In this document: positions 58,593-64,000 of the stretch, piece by piece
How positions within the stretch are numbered: the stretch's first letter is position 1
How the letters are laid out: each line of letters opens with the position of its first letter
Assembly (NCBI GenBank): GCA_021813125.1
Contig: JAKALT010000001.1
Span: forward strand, 23-64,022
Source: a bacterium
GTDB lineage: Bacteria > Patescibacteriota > Microgenomatia > Curtissbacterales > GWA2-41-24
Reading direction: 5' to 3'
Length of the DNA stretch: 64,000 nt
Translations under genes and position numbers: made by a program
The notes under the pieces: generated by a model
What the model was told of the DNA's origin: nothing
Database searches by the model: none
What the model saw: only the letters and a program-made list of their open reading frames with translations

Positions 58593-59006
58593 ATGGCCAA
58601 TATTTGGGAAAGTTTGAAAAACGAAAAACGCTTAACCCGACATTATTACGGAGATTTGGTCAGGTTCCTTTTTATGCTAGCAGCCATAATCATGCTAGTC
58701 ACCCTCCCGTTTTTAATGGGAAAACTCCCAGTGCCGCTTTATATTTCGATTTTGGTAATTTTAGTAATTGGCGTTTTGGCAGGAATCACAAATCCACTTC
58801 AAAAATGGATATCGATCTTAAATGGTCTTATTTCAACCGCGGCGCTTTTCATTTTTGAATATTACGCGGTAAACTCTTTAACTATCTCCGGGGTGAAAAC
58901 TTTGTACTTTATTACAAATCAGCTTCTTGCCTTAGTTTTTCTTTTTGCCCTTTATTACAGCATCAAGACAATCCGCGCTATGTACCTCAAAGATACTAAC
59001 TTGTAA
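58593..59006 (+). CDS. Hypothetical four-TM membrane protein
   Basis: Hydrophobic ORF; TAATG coupling to comM. Confidence 0.75.
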   Translation: MANIWESLKNEKRLTRHYYGDLVRFLFMLAAIIMLVTLPFLMGKLPVPLYISILVILVIGVLAGITNPLQKWISILNGLISTAALFIFEYYAVNSLTISGVKTLYFITNQLLALVFLFALYYSIKTIRAMYLKDTNL

Positions 59007-60553
59007 TGCTTGCCAAAATAATTTCTGCAGCTGTTGTTGGCCTCGATGCTGTTCCTATTACCGTCGAGGTAGACATAGCGGCCCAAGGTTTACCGTCATT
59101 TACGATTGTGGGTTTGCCTGATAAAGCGGTAGAAGAATCAAAAGAACGTGTCCGCGCCGCCATTAAGAATTCCGGTGCGGATTTTCCGGCAAAAAGAATC
59201 ACAGTCAACCTAGCACCTGCCGATCTTCCCAAAGAAGGGCCGGCATACGACCTTCCAATTGCTCTGGGAATACTAATTGCCTCCGAACAGTTAAAAGAAG
59301 ACCCGCAAATTAAAAACAGTATTTTTCTGGGTGAGCTTTCTCTCGACGGATCCTTGCGCCGGATTTGGGGAGTCCTGCCTTCGGCAATTATGGCTCGGGA
59401 CCGGGAATTTCAGGACATATTTATCCCCGAAGATAATTTGGAAGAAGCCGCAATCATCAACAAAATCAGAGTTTATCCTGTAAAGAGTTTACGCCAGATC
59501 TTTGAACATTTATCAACATTAACCTTGTCAAAAGATCAGCAAAAAGCAATAAGTTTTGCAAAAACCCTAAAACAGAATTTTAAATCGAGGCAAATAGAAG
59601 AATACGATTTTGAAAATGTCAAAGGGCAGGAAAGCGCCAAACGCGCTTTAGAAATTGCGGCAGCTGGCGCTCACAACATACTAATGAAAGGGCCACCCGG
59701 AGCTGGCAAGACCCTGATGGCAAGAAGCTTTTCTACAATCCTGCCAAAACTTACTTTCGAAGAAAGTTTGGAAGTCACAAAAATATACTCTGTTGCAAAT
59801 CTTCTAAGCCGCGAAAACCCGATAATTACAGACAGACCCTTTCGAAGTCCTCATCACACCACAAGCCACATTGGCTTAATTGGTGGGGGAAACGTACCTC
59901 ATCCTGGCGAAATTTCTCTGGCGCACAGGGGAGTTCTATTTTTAGACGAATTTCCGGAATTCCCAAGGCAGGTTTTAGAAGCACTCCGCCAGCCAATGGA
60001 GGATGGCCACGTCACAATTTCCCGGGCTGCCGGCCGTGTGCTTTTCCCGTCGCGCTTTACTCTGGTTGCCGCTGCAAATCCATGCCCTTGTGGATTTTTA
60101 GGCGACGAGGTTAGATCATGCGTTTGCTCACCGTCAGCCATTACCCGTTACCAAAAGCGCATCTCCGGTCCAATTCTAGATAGGATTGACCTCCATATCA
60201 CAGTTCCGGCAGTCAAAGTCGAAAAGTTGACTCAAGACCAAAGATCCGAAACATCAAAATCTGTCCAATCACGGGTTCAAAAAGCCCGCGATATCCAGCA
60301 AAAAAGGTTCAAAGGTACAAAAATTAAGGCCAACTGTGAAATGTCTTCCAAAATGATGAAGCAGTTTGCAGCATTAGACAACGAATCAGTCCTACTTCTC
60401 AAGCAGGCAATCTCAAAACTCAATTTGTCTGCTCGTTCATTTCATAAAGTTGTTAAAATCGCCAGAACGATAGCAGATTTAGAAGCATCTTCAAAGATAA
60501 AATTAAACCATGTTGCCGAAGCACTCCAATATCGACCTCAGGTAGAAACTTAA
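59006..60553 (+). CDS. comM: ComM/YifB Mg-chelatase-like AAA+ ATPase
   Basis: VGLPDKAVEES, NLAPADLPKEG, GPPGAGKT, PFRSPHH, GEISLAHRGVLFLDE, NPCPCG. Confidence 0.95.
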   Translation: MLAKIISAAVVGLDAVPITVEVDIAAQGLPSFTIVGLPDKAVEESKERVRAAIKNSGADFPAKRITVNLAPADLPKEGPAYDLPIALGILIASEQLKEDPQIKNSIFLGELSLDGSLRRIWGVLPSAIMARDREFQDIFIPEDNLEEAAIINKIRVYPVKSLRQIFEHLSTLTLSKDQQKAISFAKTLKQNFKSRQIEEYDFENVKGQESAKRALEIAAAGAHNILMKGPPGAGKTLMARSFSTILPKLTFEESLEVTKIYSVANLLSRENPIITDRPFRSPHHTTSHIGLIGGGNVPHPGEISLAHRGVLFLDEFPEFPRQVLEALRQPMEDGHVTISRAAGRVLFPSRFTLVAAANPCPCGFLGDEVRSCVCSPSAITRYQKRISGPILDRIDLHITVPAVKVEKLTQDQRSETSKSVQSRVQKARDIQQKRFKGTKIKANCEMSSKMMKQFAALDNESVLLLKQAISKLNLSARSFHKVVKIARTIADLEASSKIKLNHVAEALQYRPQVET

Positions 60554-60579
60554 ACTGTATTCAGTTAAAATGGCTTCAA

Positions 60580-61194
60580 ATGGCAAGAGTAACTATTCTC
60601 TTAGAAGGTTATGTCAAGAACGATGGTGAAAATGTGCAGTCTACTATTTCCTTGGTTCAAGACGGCGAAACTAATATTGTTATAGATCCCGGAATGGCCA
60701 AAGATTTTAATGACGTTATCAGATCACTCAGCAAAGTCGATATAAAACCAGAAGATATTGGTTACGTTTTTCTTACACATCACCACCCTGACCACACAAT
60801 AAATACTGCCAAGTTTCCAAAAGCCAAAGTTATTGACTATAACTCTATTTATGAAGGGGATATATGGCTAGATACTGGCGGTGAGTATCAATTAACTCCT
60901 AATGTTCGCATTGTTCCGACACCCGGACACACAAAAGAAGATGCCACACTGTTTGTTACAAACGTTACAAATGTTGAAAATAATAAAGATGTTACTGTGG
61001 CCATATGCCATCTTTGGTGGTTTGAAGGCAAACAGCATGACCCACTCGCTGAAGACTATAAAGAATTACTGTCCTCAAGAATTAAAATATTAAAAGTGGC
61101 AAATTACATCGTACCAGGCCACGGAGCCATATTTAAGAATAACAAAATCCAATCATATTACCGAAGCCCTACAGTACAGACCGTTAACCAATGA
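60580..61194 (+). CDS. Metallo-beta-lactamase fold hydrolase
   Basis: THHHPDH, TPGHT, VPGHG. Confidence 0.88.
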   Translation: MARVTILLEGYVKNDGENVQSTISLVQDGETNIVIDPGMAKDFNDVIRSLSKVDIKPEDIGYVFLTHHHPDHTINTAKFPKAKVIDYNSIYEGDIWLDTGGEYQLTPNVRIVPTPGHTKEDATLFVTNVTNVENNKDVTVAICHLWWFEGKQHDPLAEDYKELLSSRIKILKVANYIVPGHGAIFKNNKIQSYYRSPTVQTVNQ

Positions 61195-61197
61195 TTA

Positions 61198-61251
61198 GTT
61201 CACCCTGCTTGCCCTGAGTCTCGAAGGGAGCGAATGCGGTAAGTCGAAAGG
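61198..61251. repeat. REP-like short palindromic elements, apparently nested
   Basis: gttcaccctg[cttgccctgagtctcgaaggg]agcgaatgcggtaagtcgaaagg. Confidence 0.5.
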
Positions 61252-61331
61252 CCAACACTGCAATATCAGCCCCAAACAGACCCTTAACTCAAACTAAATC
61301 AAAAACACACACTTTTTGTTACAATGGCAAT

Positions 61332-61958
61332 GTGAAGAGGATAATTTTATTGGCACTGGCAACCTTAGTTGTAACCCTGCTTTTGGTTGTCATAACTGCC
61401 GAAATCATAAGCTTTAAAGTTGTCAAAAAAACTTCAGACCAGATAAATGCCGACCTCAACAAAAAATTTCAGCAGGTAGTAAGGATTCCGGAGGTAGTAC
61501 CACCTTCTTTTAGAGGATATTATCAAACAATCTATAGTTGGGAAATGGAAACACCTCAAAAGGAGGTCATAAAAGTCATTTTTACTCATGACACAGGCTT
61601 TTCTAAATCCCAAAACACAATTACCGCTACTTTATCAATGGAACCCAATGGTGATGCCAGCCTCTTTAACAAAGTCCTCCCTGCTGTTGTAGCAGACACA
61701 CAGGCTCTTTCCTCGGCACAGGATTTTGTACACGCGAACTTTTCTGCAAACAACCAGATCGGGTATAAAAAATTATCTCTAGAACCTTTACCTGGGGACA
61801 ATACAAAAGTAACACGAATTACATGGGAGTTCGAAAAATCCGAACTGACAAAAGGGGACGAGGCTTTGTATAGCAAACTCTACAAAATTCCCGAACCTGT
61901 TTTTAAACTTCTCTATAGCCTTCAGGAAGTCACCATCAAAGCATTTTCCGGAAATTGA
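61332..61958 (+). CDS. Hypothetical membrane-anchored protein
   Basis: N-terminal hydrophobic helix; TACAAT just upstream of the GTG start. Confidence 0.7.
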   Translation: MKRIILLALATLVVTLLLVVITAEIISFKVVKKTSDQINADLNKKFQQVVRIPEVVPPSFRGYYQTIYSWEMETPQKEVIKVIFTHDTGFSKSQNTITATLSMEPNGDASLFNKVLPAVVADTQALSSAQDFVHANFSANNQIGYKKLSLEPLPGDNTKVTRITWEFEKSELTKGDEALYSKLYKIPEPVFKLLYSLQEVTIKAFSGN

Positions 61959-61964
61959 AAAATA

Positions 61965-62005
61965 GAAAAAACCCCACAACCAAATCGGTAATTTGGGGTT
62001 TTTTC
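61965..62005. terminator. Bidirectional intrinsic terminator
   Basis: gaaaaaacccca ... tggggttttttc between convergent genes. Confidence 0.75.
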
Positions 62006-62025
62006 AAATGAAACTCTATGCTTGA

Positions 62026-62166
62026 CTAGCCACCAATCTTAAACATTGATGTGCCGCAAACCGGGCATTTACCCTTAAGAGCAGGTTTACCATTTTTCAT
62101 GGTCACTTTTTGAGCGTTTGGGTCATCTCTCTTTTCTCGACACTTAACACAATACATTGTAGCCAT
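62026..62166 (-). CDS. 46-aa zinc-ribbon protein, DUF5679-like (not in the ORF track)
   Basis: MATMYCVKCREKRDDPNAQKVTMKNGKPALKGKCPVCGTSMFKIGG; perfect SD AAAGGAGGTGA. Confidence 0.88.
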   Translation of the reverse strand: MATMYCVKCREKRDDPNAQKVTMKNGKPALKGKCPVCGTSMFKIGG

Positions 62167-62328
62167 ATTTTTATTTCACCTCCTTTAAGCAGATAGATTC
62201 AAGAAGCTTTTTGGCAACTTGTCAGTTGAGGCTATTTAGCTTCAACTAGCTTCAACCATAGCACAAGCTAAAATTCAAAGTCAAGCGTGCCTAAATTTTG
62301 CTGCTTTGTGCCTAAAAATTATATTCAA

Positions 62329-62595
62329 CTAAAAAAATTTGAAGTTCGCCAGTTTCAAGGCTAACTGAAGCCCTATAATGATTGCTGCAAGGATAGTAAT
62401 TTTTACAAGCTCTAGCCGAACGTAATCGTAGCTTTCTTCGAAGCTGAAGGCGTTGGATTTACGATTTTTGCTCTTTTCCTCCAAGCGTACTTTTTCCGAA
62501 GGTGCTTCCCTGCGATAGCTCACAAGACCACCTTCAATAAAATTTACCCGCCGGCTGGCAGCAGATTGTTTGTGTCTTTTTGTTTTAAATGGCAT
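62329..62595 (-). CDS. Hypothetical protein with C-terminal TM helix
   Basis: 88 aa; basic N-terminus; YDYVRLEL followed by a hydrophobic tail. Confidence 0.7.
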   Translation of the reverse strand: MPFKTKRHKQSAASRRVNFIEGGLVSYRREAPSEKVRLEEKSKNRKSNAFSFEESYDYVRLELVKITILAAIIIGLQLALKLANFKFF

Positions 62596-62702
62596 GATAA
62601 TTTACCTTCCTTAATATAATAACACCCCAATAAAAGCAACCGTTGACATTTATAAAGTTCGCATGGTAAAAGAGTGGAGTACTAAATTTATCCAAAGATG
62701 TT

Positions 62703-63170
62703 ATGGACCAATTGACAGTTTTAGAATACCTCATCTTTGGAATAATAATTTGGCTCGCACTTTTAACTTTTTATACCCTAAGGGTAATTGGCCACTACCG
62801 GAAATTAACCCGAGGCGCAGGAAACATTGATTTGGGAAAAGTTTTGGAAAATCTTTTCGAAAAACAGGATTTTCAGGCAAGAAAAATCACAGAAATTGCC
62901 TCGGTAGTTTCAAAAAACCAGGCTCAAGCACAAGGACATATTCAAAAATATGCACTAATGCGCTTTAATCCATTTGAAGATGCTGGCGGTGACCAAAGTT
63001 TTGTAATAGCCCTTTTAGACGCCAAGGATAATGGAGTTGTAATTTCCTCGCTCCATTCCAGAAACGGGACAAGAGTCTACGCCAAAAGTGTAACTGGCGC
63101 AAAAGCAGCCAGTCATCAGTTTACAAAAGAGGAAAAAGAAGCAGTCGACAAGGCTGTAGGTAAAAAATAA
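62703..63170 (+). CDS. DUF4446-like protein
   Basis: N-terminal TM; RFNPFEDAGGDQSF, GVVISSLHSR..TRVYAK. Confidence 0.85.
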   Translation: MDQLTVLEYLIFGIIIWLALLTFYTLRVIGHYRKLTRGAGNIDLGKVLENLFEKQDFQARKITEIASVVSKNQAQAQGHIQKYALMRFNPFEDAGGDQSFVIALLDAKDNGVVISSLHSRNGTRVYAKSVTGAKAASHQFTKEEKEAVDKAVGKK

Positions 63171-63172
63171 AG

Positions 63173-64000
63173 ATGTTAAATATTATTTCAAGTAAGAAAA
63201 TTCAGATTTTACTTGGCGCAATTATCCTTTATGCAGCCTCAGCCGGTGTTTCATACCTGGCTTTTAATAAATTTCTCAAAAACCCAATAAATATTCAAAC
63301 TCCGTTTGGAAATCTCACAGATGTTACCTCCGGCGCGGAAGAAGGCACAAAAGACAAACCATGTCCGCTAAACGGTGTAATGTACACCAAGTCTAGAGAA
63401 GACCAATGGCAAAAAAGAAGGCCGCTTGGGGTAATGGTCGAAAATCATGTTGACGCCAGGCCGCAACTTGGTCTTTCCCGTGCCGATGTAATCTACGAAG
63501 CAGTAGCCGAAGGGGGAATCACCCGCTATCTTGTTCTTTATCTTTGCCAGGATGCTGGAGATATTGCCCCCGTTAGATCTGCAAGAACCTACTTTATAGA
63601 CTGGCTTTCCGAATACAGTGCTGCTTATGCCCACGTTGGCGGAGCCAACACTCCAGGACCAGCCGATGCCCTTGGTCAAATCCGCGACTACAAAATAGAC
63701 GATTTGGACCAGTTCGGTTTAGGCTTCCCGACGTATTGGAGAGGAACAGATAAACTTGCTCCTCACAACGTTCATACAACTACCCAAAAACTTTGGGCGG
63801 CAGCCGAAGAAAGGAGCTTTGGGCCAAAAGATGACAAGGGAGCACGCTGGGATGCTAATTTCACAGTCTGGAAATTTAAAGACGACGCTGCCTTAGAAAA
63901 GCGCGGTGACCAAAAACCAATTGTTGTGCCGTTTTGGGCGGACCAGTCCGACTATACTGTTACATGGAACTACGACAAAAACACAAATCTTTATAACCGC
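63173..64000 (+). CDS. DUF3048 (YerB-like) protein, truncated by window end
   Basis: Manual translation: N-terminal TM, RPLGVMVENHVDARPQLGLSRADVIYEAVAEGGITRY, PVRSAR, HVGG. Confidence 0.88.
   Translation, partial: MLNIISSKKIQILLGAIILYAASAGVSYLAFNKFLKNPINIQTPFGNLTDVTSGAEEGTKDKPCPLNGVMYTKSREDQWQKRRPLGVMVENHVDARPQLGLSRADVIYEAVAEGGITRYLVLYLCQDAGDIAPVRSARTYFIDWLSEYSAAYAHVGGANTPGPADALGQIRDYKIDDLDQFGLGFPTYWRGTDKLAPHNVHTTTQKLWAAAEERSFGPKDDKGARWDANFTVWKFKDDAALEKRGDQKPIVVPFWADQSDYTVTWNYDKNTNLYNR

Noticed and set aside
2318-63779. Numerous short antisense and off-frame ORFs in the track
   Set aside because: They are shadows of well-supported genes on the opposite strand or in another frame

Overview
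This 64 kb window comes from an AT-rich bacterial genome that uses the standard code (TGA is a stop). It looks like Patescibacteria/CPR, probably Microgenomates: uL30 is absent between rpsE and rplO, several r-proteins carry long extensions, and GT-C glycosyltransferases, heptamer repeats and many near-leaderless promoters are present. Gene order: rpoC 3' end; str cluster (rpsL, rpsG, fusA, tuf) interrupted by accessory genes; S10-spc-alpha-rplM/rpsI superoperon; tRNA-Pro(GGG); recA-recX-rny-HU; miaB; three GT-C genes; miaA; AI-2E transporter; RNase P RNA; an ~18.5 kb de novo purine cluster (purN, D, SL, Q, M, two archaeal-type purP, purA, B, E, C, guaA, ITPase, HAD) split by a frameshifted rarA; then gtrA, thermonuclease, comM, an MBL hydrolase and small DUF genes. 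Four observations stand out. (1) A 1 kb integrase-free toxin-antitoxin islet is bounded by a 90-bp duplicate of the fusA 3' end that differs only at synonymous sites. (2) The purine pathway has two PurP paralogues, no PurH/PurO/PurK/PurF/GuaB in the cluster, and an unexplained M24-fold gene. (3) Heptamer and palindromic micro-repeats sit in operon spacers and also in frame within uL4 and PurL. (4) A stand-alone GreA-N-like gene and orphan genes are inserted in core translation operons. All calls come from reading motifs by eye; no database searches were run.
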